From contig NC_043022.1 of the NCBI RefSeq assembly GCF_006345805.1, positions 4,340,001-4,404,000 on the forward strand: a stretch of DNA of 64,000 nt, written 5' to 3'. Below the pieces are notes generated by a model. It made no database searches and was not told the origin of the DNA. It was given only the letters and a program-made list of their open reading frames with translations. Source of the stretch: Octopus sinensis (taxonomy: Eukaryota). Positions 50,750-63,109 of this stretch are shown here, one piece after another (position 1 is the stretch's first letter; every line of letters starts with the position of its first letter). Made by a program: the position numbers and the translations under genes.

Positions 50750-51065
50750 AGAAGCTTGCTTTCCAGCCATGTGATCTGAGGTTTAGTGTCAATGCACAGC
50801 ATACCTTGGGCAGGTAAACTGCCCTCTACAATGGCCCTGGGGCAACCGAAGCTTTGACAGCGGATTTAGTAGACAGAAACTGAAAGCGCTGGTGCCGGTG
50901 CCATGTAAAAAGCACCCTGTACACTCTGTTGCAAAGTGGTTGGCACTAAGAAGGGTATGACGCCATAGAAACCATGCAAGAACAAAGAAAGGAACCTGAT
51001 ACAACTCTCCAGCTTTCCAACTCCTGTCGAACCAACCAATCCATGCCAGCATAGAAAATGGACTG
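50748..51065 (+). mobile_element. SINE A head fused directly to a family B body
   Basis: A head runs to ...AGAAACTGAAAG (50886) and continues straight into CGCTGGTGCCGGTGCCATGTAAAAAGCACCC (family B). Confidence 0.7.
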
Positions 51066-51330
51066 ACGGTGGTGTGTGTGTGTGCGTGTGTGTATGAGTG
51101 TTTGTGTATACCCTTGTCTATATGTAACATGATTATAAACAAGAATTACCACCATACAAGTGAGGTTGATCATTCCCAGTATTGTGAAAAACATGCCCAG
51201 ATTAATGGAAAGACACAAGGGCTGCCAAGAGGAGAGGCACAGAGCCAAAGAAAATCTGACCAATGCAAGCATGGGAAGTGGACATTGAATGAAACGGGGA
51301 TGTTAAGATAGACATACACATAGGTTTTTA

Positions 51331-51670
51331 TTTCTTTTACTTGTTTCAGTCATTTGACTGAGGCCATGCTGGAGCACCACCTTTAGGCAAACAAATCGAT
51401 CCCAGAACTTATCCCTTGTAAACCTGGTGCTTATTCTATCAGTCTCTTTTGCCGAACCACAAAGTTACAGAGACATAAACACACCAACATCAGTTGTCAA
51501 GCAATGGTGGGAGGACAATCACGGACACAAACACACATACACACACACACCACGGGCTTCTTTCAGTTTCCGTCTACTAAATCCACTCACAAGGCTTTGG
51601 TCAGCCTGAGGCAGAAGCAGACACCTGCCCAATATGCCATGCAGTAGGACTGAACCCAGAACCATGTGGA
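51331..51670 (-). mobile_element. SINE family A, near full length
   Basis: Collinear reverse complement. Confidence 0.88.
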
Positions 51671-52059
51671 CATAGCGAGAGTAAAAACCTGCTGTTAGAA
51701 CTCAATATATTTACGCTTGAGAATAAAGAATCCAAGACATAGCATGGTATGAAAGTAACACATTAAATGGCCACGTGTACCACCAGCGGTTCATTGCCAA
51801 CTTCACGCAACTACCACATGCACTACCAGTGGTTCATTTTTATAATTCAAGAAAATATTCTGTTCGGTATCTTTGACATAGTTGAGGATATTTAAATAAC
51901 ACAAGTGCTAAATATTAAAGTTTAATAATGAAATATTGCAAAAATGAAAAGAAAAAAATTACACTTCTTTGTAATTAATTTGCAGATTTTGTTTCACTTG
52001 TTAGAAATAGCAGCCAAATCTTAAGCAAATTGAAGACACATTTGACTAACTGTCTTTAA

Positions 52060-52657
52060 CCCTTTTGTTACCATATTTCTGTTGAGATGCTCTCTGTTTC
52101 TTTCAATTAATCTTTATATATAAAAGTCAAGTTGTGTGTCTGTCTCCTACGATTTAGATTCCTAACTACTCCCACATTTTGCGGTGCAGTTTAACCAAAT
52201 TCGGATATCTTATAGTCGTGATTCATATCGAGCCCTTCTGGGTATTAGCGTGCGTCTACGATGAGTCTACGATTTTAAAAAAATTTACCATCATTTTTTT
52301 TCCATTTTAATGCATTTTTTTCGCTATTATATAAGGGAAGTAACTCTCTAAAAATGTCTACGATGAGTCAACGATTTAAAAAAAAATTTACCATAATTTT
52401 TTTTCCATTTTTTTGCTATTTTTTGGCTATAACTCTCTAAAAATGCTTATATAGTTATTTCCCTTACAAACCCTTGCAACGCCGGGCGATACTGCTAGTT
52501 TTAAATATAACAAAGAATTTAGTAAAATAACTTAGTTATCATTGAAGCTAGTTTTAGGAACATAAATTGTGACTAAGGTTTGGTGGAAGATTTTAATTCA
52601 GAACATTTGTATTACAAAAGCCAGAGGCAGTTTCAGCTGGGTTGGTATCAGAAAGGG
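52060..52657. mobile_element. piggyBac MITE family E interrupted by a Helitron
   Basis: TTAA-CCCTTTTGTTAC at the left end and GAAAGGG at the right; both halves match 11333-11553. Confidence 0.85.
52111..52498 (+). mobile_element. Non-autonomous Helitron
   Basis: A|TC...CTAG|T termini with no TSD; GC-rich imperfect hairpin just before CTAG; internal ~102-bp tandem duplication (52255 and 52357). Confidence 0.88.
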
Positions 52658-52939
52658 TTTTACAGTATGCAGTTCGACCCCATGAAATACATGGTGGTAC
52701 CGGTAAGTTCTGGTAACAGACCATAACAATTAACATGTTAAATGACAAGGGAATAATAAATTATGCAAGGAACTTCATTAGCTCCTTGTTCTTGCTATAG
52801 GACACAATGCACTCAGAGCCAAGGACACAAGAATAGGACAAACAAGCACTCAGCTCTGAGCACATTACTTCTTATAGTGGAAACAGCTGTAAGCTATGAA
52901 GTTGATGAGATAATTCCTATACCTTTGTCATTTACATAA

Positions 52940-52952
52940 CTTTATTATATAT

Positions 52953-52994
<42 letters not shown>

Positions 52995-53018
52995 CAACAC
53001 ACATATATATACACACAC

Positions 53019-53057
<39 letters not shown>

Positions 53058-53161
53058 CACACACACATATACACACACACATATATATATACACACACAT
53101 ACATATATATATCACACATACATATATACACACATACATATATATATATATATGTACACAC

Positions 53162-53192
<31 letters not shown>

Positions 53193-53269
53193 CATACACA
53201 CACACACACACATATATACATACACACACACACATATATATATACATACACACACACACACACACATAT

Positions 53270-53300
<31 letters not shown>

Positions 53301-53353
53301 TATATATACATACACACACACATATATACATACACACACACATATATACACAC

Positions 53354-53387
<34 letters not shown>

Positions 53388-53390
53388 AAC
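52940..53390. repeat. (TA/CA) compound array
   Basis: Direct inspection. A similar array lies at ~54335-54750. Confidence 0.95.
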
Positions 53391-56349
53391 AAACTAAATC
53401 TCCATTAGAAGGAGGGGGGATCTGGTTTAATCCATTTTACTGCAGGCCCTTCCCCCTCCATTATCTGTCCCCTGCCACTATATACAATCAACCACATACA
53501 CAAGTATCTAAACATATAATCAAACAATGAAATAAAGCAGATAATCTCAGATAAGCAGATAATCTCAGACAGATTAATTGACAATAAATTACAGTAAAAC
53601 TTTAAAACTGTGTGTGTGAGTCTATGCGTGTATGTGTGTGCATGTTGTCATTATTTATCTGTGTGTGTGTGTGTGTGTGTGTGTGGTTCTACAGATGGTT
53701 TTTTTATAAATAAACCTGGCGCTGTATTGTATAATGGATATGAAAATTGTCCGAGTAACATGTGTCTGCTGGACACAAATCTCACTACCATTTCTATCGC
53801 CGCCAACATTGTTACCAGCATGACAAACAACCAGGAACTACCATCATCACCACCACTACCATCTACCATCACTACCAAAAACCATCATTACTACCCCCCC
53901 CACCCCCGCTGACACCATCATGAACCATCATCACTACCATCACGCACCAACCACCAACCAGCAATACCACCACCATAAGCGCAACACCATTTCTTTCCTT
54001 TCCCTCCCTGGACGTCCTACATACGTTGACCCGACCTGACCCACCCTCCACAGGTTGGATGGAACACATGAAGTCAAACATTATTGGAAAGGAAAATAAA
54101 ACTATTAGTAATGATAACCAGAGTGGTGGTGGAGGTGGTGGTGGAGGGAAGGACGCCTGGACATTTCACAAACACCCCACCACCACCACCACCACACCAC
54201 CATCAACTCTCTCTCACTCTCTCCCCCATTCTCTCTCTATTTTGCTATCAGATTTGAAATGGATAAAATAAACAGCTTTTTTGTAGAGTTATTGGATAGG
54301 CTCAGAATTGTGTCGGCAACGATTGTTACAGGACACTCATATACATATATAATACACATATACATATAATATATATACACACCTACACACACACACACAC
54401 ATATATCACACACACATATATATATATATTATATACACACACATATATACACATACACACACATACACACACACATATATATATACACACACACATATAC
54501 ACATACACACACATACACACACACACACACATATATACACACACACACATATATACACACACACACACATATATATACACACACATATATATACACACAC
54601 ACACACACATACATATATACACACACACACACATATATATATACACACACACACACATATATATACACACACACTATATATATATATATATATACTTTAT
54701 TTAAAAGCAGCAGAAATTCAACAAATGTGTATACACACACACATATACACATTGTAACTTACACCACCGACCCAATGTCGATGGCCAGCAGACGTGGCCG
54801 GAGTTCCATGCAGCTGCACAGAAGAAATATGGTAATTTTAACAGACATCTTTTAATAAAAATCTGCTCTAATACGGCAGCGACAACAGCACGGGCGATAA
54901 TTTGAGAAACGCTAACAGAACGGGATATGCCAAGGTGGACATGTGTGGGGGGTGAGGGTAATGTGATGTTGTGGGTGGGTGTGAGATGTATGCCAACACC
55001 AAAACCCGGACATGATGAATTTGGAGATCTGTGGCTGTCTGTAAGTGTCGGGAACGATAATAATGAATTGCAGAGATAATAATGATGACCGGGGGGGGGG
55101 GGTGATCTATTTACACAGATAATGACGATGATGATGTATTACAATAGATAATGATGTTGGTGATGATGATGATGGTCTCTTATCAACGTGTCGTGTAGTT
55201 AATGTTAATTCGTTGAAGTGAACAAGAGAGACGAAGTGGTGGCTGACGTGATTGAGGTTGTAGGTTTAGTCATACAAATTGCTTTTCTAGATTAGAGAGG
55301 GGGAGGAGAGAGAGAATGGAAGAGATCAAGGAAGAGATGGGAAGATGGAAAGGAGTTTCAAGAGAGTGAGAGAGAACAAAGGAGGGAGGAGAGAGAGAGA
55401 GGGAGAGAGAAAGGGAGGGTCAAGCAGATGGCCAATTCTATAAATTACCAGACAACCAACAAAAGTATGATGGTTCTAATCCCACCATGACCACCGCCAC
55501 TGAATCACGCCTGTAACCAAAATGACCTAGGTTTCCACTAGATGGCAGCACAAAGCACTAAACCAGTGATTCTTAATCCTTTTCCCCTTCATCTCCCCTT
55601 TTAATTGTTTGTTCTGCCCAGCACCCACAGGAGTGGCAAGTGAGGGATCATGGCCTCAACTAACTTAACATGGATCATCTTCAATAATAATACTCCTGTT
55701 TTTCTCCGTCACAAACATACGAATGAGAAAGGATGGGGTGATAGATGAATAAGGAAGGAAAGGGGTGATGGGAAACCGGTTGTGGGAGCGTTTCAACTCT
55801 GTGTAAGTATGTATGTGTGTGTGTGTGTGTGTGTGTGTGCATGTGTGTGTGTGTGTTCAATGGAAGTGGGATGGTGAACACACAATACTGAAAAGGAAAA
55901 TCAAACAGCGTTTCAACTCTGTGTGAGTGTGTATGTGTGTGTGTGTGTACAAAGGAAGTATGTGAATGTATGTGTGAGTCAGCATTCTTTCAGTAACAAA
56001 CGATGATGGATGTCACATCTGAAAAGACAACCAACCACTTAGATAACACTGACAAGTGTATTAATTCGATGGTGCTTTTTACATGCCTCTGGCACATGAA
56101 AACCAAAATAAGAATTTTGAAGGAAATTTCTATAAAACTAGTTTTTAAACCTCAAATGGCTTAAAGGGGTCCACCAGAATATAACAGTTATCAAAAGGGA
56201 TCCATGGATACAAAATGGTTGAGAAGCCCTAATTTAACATGTGTTCGATGTAGCCATGGGCGGGACAGTTTGATAGGGTCTGGTGTATCCAAACACTACT
56301 TCGTGTTCCAGTGTCTTCTTTGGCAAAGTTTCTATTTTGGATCTTCTAT

Positions 56350-56790
56350 CTTTTACTTATCATACTCATTAGATTGCAGCCATGCTGGAGCACTGCCTTT
56401 AGTCAAGCAAATCGAGCCCAGGACTTATTCTTTTGTCAGCCTAGTACTTATTCTATCGGTCCCTTTTGTCGAACCGCCAAGTTACGAGGACAAAAATGCA
56501 CAAGGATTGGTTGTCAAGCAATGTTGGTGGTGGTGGTGGGGGATAAACACAGACTCACACACACACACACTCACACACACACTCACTCACACACACTCAC
56601 ACACACACACTCACTCTCACACACACACACACACACACGACGGGCTTCTTTCAGTTTCTGTCTACCACATCCACTCACAACGCTTTGGTCGGCCTCAGAC
56701 TATAGTACAAGACACTTGCCCAAGGTACCATGCTGTGGGACTGAACCCGGAACCATGTGGTTAGTAAGCAAGCTACATACCACACAGCCT
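56350..56790 (-). mobile_element. SINE family A, full length, internal (CA/CT)n expanded
   Basis: Collinear reverse complement. A second A copy follows at ~56886-57168, after a family G fragment. Confidence 0.88.
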
Positions 56791-57194
56791 AACATTGTAG
56801 GGTAGATGTGAGAGGCTGGATCTGGCCAGTTTGAACATAAAACAAGAACATTTTGCCCAGATACAGCCTGTTTAAATGCTAACATGTTACAGCCTTGTAC
56901 TTATTCCATCAGTCTTTTTTGCTGAACCACTAAGTTACAAGGATGTAATCAAACCAACACTGGTTGTCAAGAGGTGGCAGAGTACAAAAACAAATGAAGA
57001 CACACACACACATGATGGGCTTCTTTCAGTTTCTGTCTACCAAATCCACTCACGAGGCTTTGAATGGCCAGAAACCATAGTAGAACACACTTGCCCATGT
57101 GCATGCTGTGGGACTGAACCCAGAACCATGTGGTTGAGAAGCAACCTTTTAACCACACAGTCACATCTGTGCCTATATATGCATATATGATGAC

Positions 57195-57474
57195 GGACTC
57201 TCCTGTCATTAGGCAACATACGATGGTTTGACAATTTCTTACCGATCAATCACACAGATGATTTGTTTATAGTGATCAAATGTCTGTGCAGACATAAGGT
57301 CACTCCCTCCATCAAATTGACATTACCTGTACAGGTGCAACTGGGTGCCATACGTCAGATGACGAAATGAAATAAAGTGCTTTGCTCAAGAACACAACAC
57401 AATGCCTGGTGTGGGAATTGAACCCATGTTCTTGCAATCGTTAGTGCATCACCCTAACCACTGAGCTATGCACC
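57195..57474 (-). mobile_element. Further tRNA-headed SINE (distinct head and body)
   Basis: Minus strand: GGTGCATAGCTCAGTGGTTAGGG (A-box) ... GGGTTCAATTCCC (B-box) ... TGTTCTTGAGCAAAGCACTT (CORE-like). A similar head occurs at ~34480-34550. Confidence 0.65.
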
Positions 57475-57496
57475 ATCATAATATATATATAGTGTA

Positions 57497-57780
57497 CTAG
57501 CAGTATCATCCGGCGTTGCTTGGGTTTGTAAGGGAAATAACTATATAAGCACTTTTAGAGAGTTATAGCCAAAAAATAGCAAAAAAAATGCATTAAAAAT
57601 GGGAAAAAATGATGGTAAATTTTTTTTAATCGTAGATGCGCGCTAATACCCAGAAGGGCTCGATATGAATCATGACTATAAGATACCCGGTTTTGGTTAA
57701 ACTGCACAGCAAAATGTGGGAGTAGTTAGGAATCTAAATCGTAGGAGACAGACACACAACCTTACTTTTATATATAAAGA
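57497..57780 (-). mobile_element. Non-autonomous Helitron, second copy
   Basis: Reverse complement of 52111-52498 without the internal duplication; A|TC...CTAG|T termini. Confidence 0.88.
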
Positions 57781-58175
57781 TATCATCGTTTAGCATCCGC
57801 TTTCCATGCTGGCATGGGTTGGATGGTGCAACTGGGGTCTGAGAAGCCAGAAGGCTGCACCAGGCCCAGTCTGATCTGGCAATGTTTCTACGGCTGGATG
57901 CTCTTCCTAATGCCAACCACTCCATGAGTGTAGTGGGTGTTTTTACGTGCCACTGACACAGGAGCCAGACGAGGCTGGCGAACAGCCACGATCGAATGGT
58001 GCTTTTTACGTGCCATCGGCACAGGAGCCAGGCGAGGCTGGCAACGGCCATGATCGATGATGCCTTTTACGTGCCACCGGTATGGAAGCCAGTCAGGGCG
58101 GCGCTGACAACGGCCATGTTCAGATGGTTCTCTTATGTGCCACCGGCACTGGTATCACAGCTACAATTTCCATAT
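57781..58175 (-). mobile_element. SINE family B with internally repeated GGTGCTTTTTACGTGCCA modules
   Basis: The module occurs three times at ~57935-58080. Confidence 0.85.
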
Positions 58176-59043
58176 ATATATGTGTTGTGTGTGTGTGTGT
58201 GATGGGCATCTTTCAGTTTCCATTCATCAAGTCCACTCACAAAGCTTTGGTCAGGCTGAGGCTATAGTAGATGACACTTGCCCAAGGTACCACACAGTGG
58301 TACTGAACCCAGGACCATGCACATGGGGGGAAGCAAGCTTCTTACCATGCAGCCAAGCCTGCACCTATGTGCAAACCCCCGCAACCTTTGGCTGCTCCCC
58401 CCTTCAGTACATTCAAAAAGAATTTTAAACATAAAATATACAAAAGAGGGGGTGGGGAAAGGGCATGGGGAGGGGGTAATCATACATGTGACGGCGTGCA
58501 TGGATCTGTAGAATTTCTTAAACACGTAAATTATGAGACAATAATTCAGTTATTACATCGAAAATGGGGAGAAAAGAACGAAATAAAGTAAAAAAAAAAA
58601 AAAAAAGCTACACGGAAATAGTAATTAAGTGCAACAAAAGTCAAAGATAATTATGAAATTAAATGAGAACTATTCTGATTTTTAAAACTATTTGTAGTCA
58701 TTAAGGAAGTTTAATCAATGAGACTTAATTGAATAATACAATGGTGATGATGATGATAGTGATGATATGGAATGATCCATCAATGGAAGCTACAGGATGT
58801 GTATGGGAGACAAAGCTCATGTGGCACCATAGTGTAAACCATGGATGTTATACACACACACGTGTGTGGGTGTATATATATATATATATATATATACACA
58901 TACATGAAAACATGTACATGTATATATAAATATATATAGACATACACACATACATGCACATATGTATACACACACATGTATATAAACATATAGATGTATC
59001 TAGATACTCACGTATAGACACACAAACACACACATGCACGGTG

Positions 59044-59074
<31 letters not shown>

Positions 59075-59389
59075 TAAAAACCTAAAACAATTATCGAATT
59101 AATTTCCTCATACAACAGTGCTTGCTCGATAAATACAAAAGCTTGCAAAAGATGGCAGCAGTTCATAATGAAGAACTTGAGTGTGACAACAGTTAATGAA
59201 TACAGCACGTGGGGAGCCGAAGCCGCGGGGGGGGGGGGTTGATGACGGTGGGGGCAGCAGTGACACTAAGTGAACTATTTACTAACCGACACATGTCCAC
59301 AACCACCAGTGATGATGATTATGATGATGATGATGATGATGAAATGGTAGTAGAGAGAGGAGGATCATTTTAATAATAATAATAATAAT

Positions 59390-59565
59390 CTTTTCTACTC
59401 TAGGCACAAGGCCCGAAATTTTTGGGGGAAGGGACCAGTAGATTAGATCGCCCCCCATTACGCAACTGGTACTTAATTTATCAACCCCCGAAAGGATGAA
59501 AGGCGAAGTCGACCTCGGCAGAATTTGATCTCAGAACATAAAGACAGACAAAATACCACTAAACA
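59390..59565 (-). mobile_element. SINE family C (head-truncated) between AAT tracts
   Basis: Matches 26723-26900. Another copy lies at ~60440-60605. Confidence 0.85.
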
Positions 59566-59585
59566 TAATAATAATAATAATAACA

Positions 59586-59621
<36 letters not shown>

Positions 59622-59686
59622 TAACAATAGTAATAATAATAATAATAATGATATAATATAATAACAATAGTAATAATAATACAACA

Positions 59687-59723
<37 letters not shown>

Positions 59724-59731
59724 TAATAATG

Positions 59732-59767
<36 letters not shown>

Positions 59768-59865
59768 TGATAGATAATAATAATAATATAATAATAATAA
59801 TATAATAATATAAGATGATGATAATAATAATAATAATAATAATATAATAATAATAATAATAATTA
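59566..59865. repeat. (AAT)n array
   Basis: Direct inspection. Confidence 0.95.
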
Positions 59866-60418
59866 ATGCCCTGATGAAGTACCAGGCAGTGGCTCTCATG
59901 GCTTCTGATCTTAACTGATTGGAAGTGTCATCATGTACAGTGTTTTGTCTTGGTATAAAAGATGGGCTACAGCAAATATTCTGCTCAATACCACAGATTT
60001 GCTTGTCAGTTGTTTGACTTAAACAGTAGAGCATGTCCCTTAGTGGCTGACGATATGTTGCATCTCTGATCACGAGCAGAAGTAGTGGGGGAGCATCATA
60101 GCCATGTGTTGAGAGGGATTTCTTTGGGGTTTGAATAATTCACCTCTTGAACATGGGTGGTTCTTTCAACATCCTTAAACAACCCTTATTCAGACCGTTT
60201 GAGGGGGATGGGCTACTCAACCTGAAGAAAAATTCTAACTGGGCCCCACCTGCAAGGTCATGTGCTTTTATCTTGATATGAGATCACCATGTCGCGCACA
60301 TATGGTTGTGATGCATGCCTGGTGTACCTTATCATACGGGTAGTCATGATGGGTATATTGGGCTTCGTATATTTTACCCCAGTGTCACTTTGATGGCATG
60401 AACTGCTCTCTCACTCAA
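59866..60418. mobile_element. Family D, apparently complete, flanked by (AAT)n on both sides
   Basis: Homologous to 11147-11700; no TIR or ORF seen. Confidence 0.8.
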
Positions 60419-60621
60419 TAATAATAATAATAATAACAATAGGATTGACACAAGGCCAGTAATTTTGGGGTAGAGAGTAAGTTGACTACATCGACCCCCA
60501 GTGTCCAACTGGTACATATTTTATCGACCCCCGAAAGGATGAAAGGCAAAGTCAACCTTGGTAGAATTTGAGCTCAGAACGAACGGACAGATGAAATGCC
60601 ACTCTTAGTAACAATAAGCTT

Positions 60622-60652
60622 ATGATGATGATGATGATGATGATGGTGGTGG

Positions 60653-60690
<38 letters not shown>

Positions 60691-60915
60691 GTGGTGATGA
60701 TGATGATGGTGATGATGATGATGATGGTGATGATGATGGTGTGATGATCTTGATTTTTGAGATGATGGTGGTTGATGATGATGGTGTGTGATGGTGGTGA
60801 TGATGATGGTGATGATGATGATGTTGATTGATGGTGGTGATGTGGTGTGATATATGATGATGATTTGTGAGGTGATGATGATGGTGAATATATGAGCTGA
60901 TGATGATGATGATGT

Positions 60916-60948
<33 letters not shown>

Positions 60949-61327
60949 GTGATGATGCTGAATTGATGATGGTGGTTGTGGTGTTGATGATGATGTTGGA
61001 TGTGTGATGATTGTGATGGTGATGATGGTGATGATGGTGGTGATGATGATGATGGATGTTATGATGATGATGATGGTGATGATGATGATGGGTTTGATGA
61101 TGGGTGTAATGGGTGGTGATGGGTGGTGGATGATGATGGGATGGTGATGAAGATGATGGGTGATGGTGGTGATGGTGTGAGGGTGGATGATGATGATGAG
61201 GATATGATGATGATGATGGTGATGATGATGATGGTGATGATGGTGGTAATGGTGGTGATGGTGATGATGGTGATGATGATGATGGTGATGATGATGATGG
61301 TGATGATGGTGATGATGGTGGTGATGG

Positions 61328-61373
<46 letters not shown>

Positions 61374-61519
61374 GGTGATGATGGTGGTAATGGTGGTGAT
61401 GGTGATGATGGTGATGATGATGATGATGGTGATGATGGTGATGATGATGGTGGTGATGGTGGTGATGATGATGATGGTGATGATGATGATGGTGATGATG
61501 GTGATGATGGTGGTGATGG

Positions 61520-61565
<46 letters not shown>

Positions 61566-61796
61566 GGTGATGATGGTGGTAATGGTGGTGATGTGATGAT
61601 GGTGATGATGATGATGATGTGGTGAGATGGTATGATGATGATGATGATGATGGTGATGATGATGGTGGATGATGATGATGATGGATGATGGTGATGATAT
61701 ATGATGATGATTGGTGATGATGATGATGATGGTGATGATGGTGATGATGATTGTGATGATGATGATGATGATGGTGATGATATATGATGATGATGG

Positions 61797-61828
<32 letters not shown>

Positions 61829-62057
61829 GTGATGAGATGATGGTGATGATGATGGTGATGATGATGGTGTGATGATGGTGTGATGGTGGTGATGGTGATG
61901 GTGATGATGATGATGGTGATGATGGTGGTGATGATGATGATGATGATGATGGTGATGATGGTGGTGATGGTGGTGATGATGATAATGGTGATGATGATGA
62001 TGGTGATGATGATGGTGATGATGATGATGGTGATGATGGTGGTAATGGTGGTGATGG

Positions 62058-62109
<52 letters not shown>

Positions 62110-62546
62110 GATGGTGGTGATGGTGATGATGATGATGATGATGATGATGGTGATGATGGTGGTGATGATGATGGTGATGATGATGATGATGATGATGGTG
62201 GTGATGATGATGGTGATGATGATGATGATGATGATGGTGATGATGGTGGTGATGATGATAATGGTGATGATGATGATGGTGATGATGATGGTGATGATGA
62301 TGATGGTGATGATGATGGTGATGATGATGGTGATGATGATGATGATGATGATGGTGATGATGGTGGTGATGATGATGATGATGGTGATGATGGTGATGAT
62401 GGTGGTGATGATGATGGTGATGATGATGATGATGATGATGGTGATGATGGTGGTGATGGTGGTGATGATGATAATGGTGATGATGATGATGGTGATGATG
62501 ATGGTGATGATGATGATGGTGATGATGGTGGTAATGGTGGTGATGG

Positions 62547-62598
<52 letters not shown>

Positions 62599-62758
62599 GA
62601 TGGTGGTGATGGTGATGATGATGATGATGGTGATGATGATGGTGATGATGATGATGATGGTGATGATGATGGTGATGATGGTGATGATGGTGGTGATGGT
62701 GATGATGATGATGGTGGTGATGGTGATGATGATGATGGTGATGATGGTGATGATGATG

Positions 62759-62790
<32 letters not shown>

Positions 62791-62969
62791 GATGATGATG
62801 GTGATGATGGTGGTGATGATGATGATGATGGTGATGATGGTGATGATGGTGGTGATGATGATGGTGATGATGGTGGTGATGGTGGTGATGATGATAATGG
62901 TGATGATGATGATGGTGATGATGATGGTGATGATGATGATGGTGATGATGGTGGTAATGGTGGTGATGG

Positions 62970-63021
<52 letters not shown>

Positions 63022-63055
63022 GATGGTGATGATGGTGGTGATGATGATGGTGATG

Positions 63056-63109
<54 letters not shown>

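Noticed and set aside
59866-59930. CTGATGA at the end of family D as a hammerhead
   Set aside because: No stem II followed by GAAA and no cleavage-site geometry.
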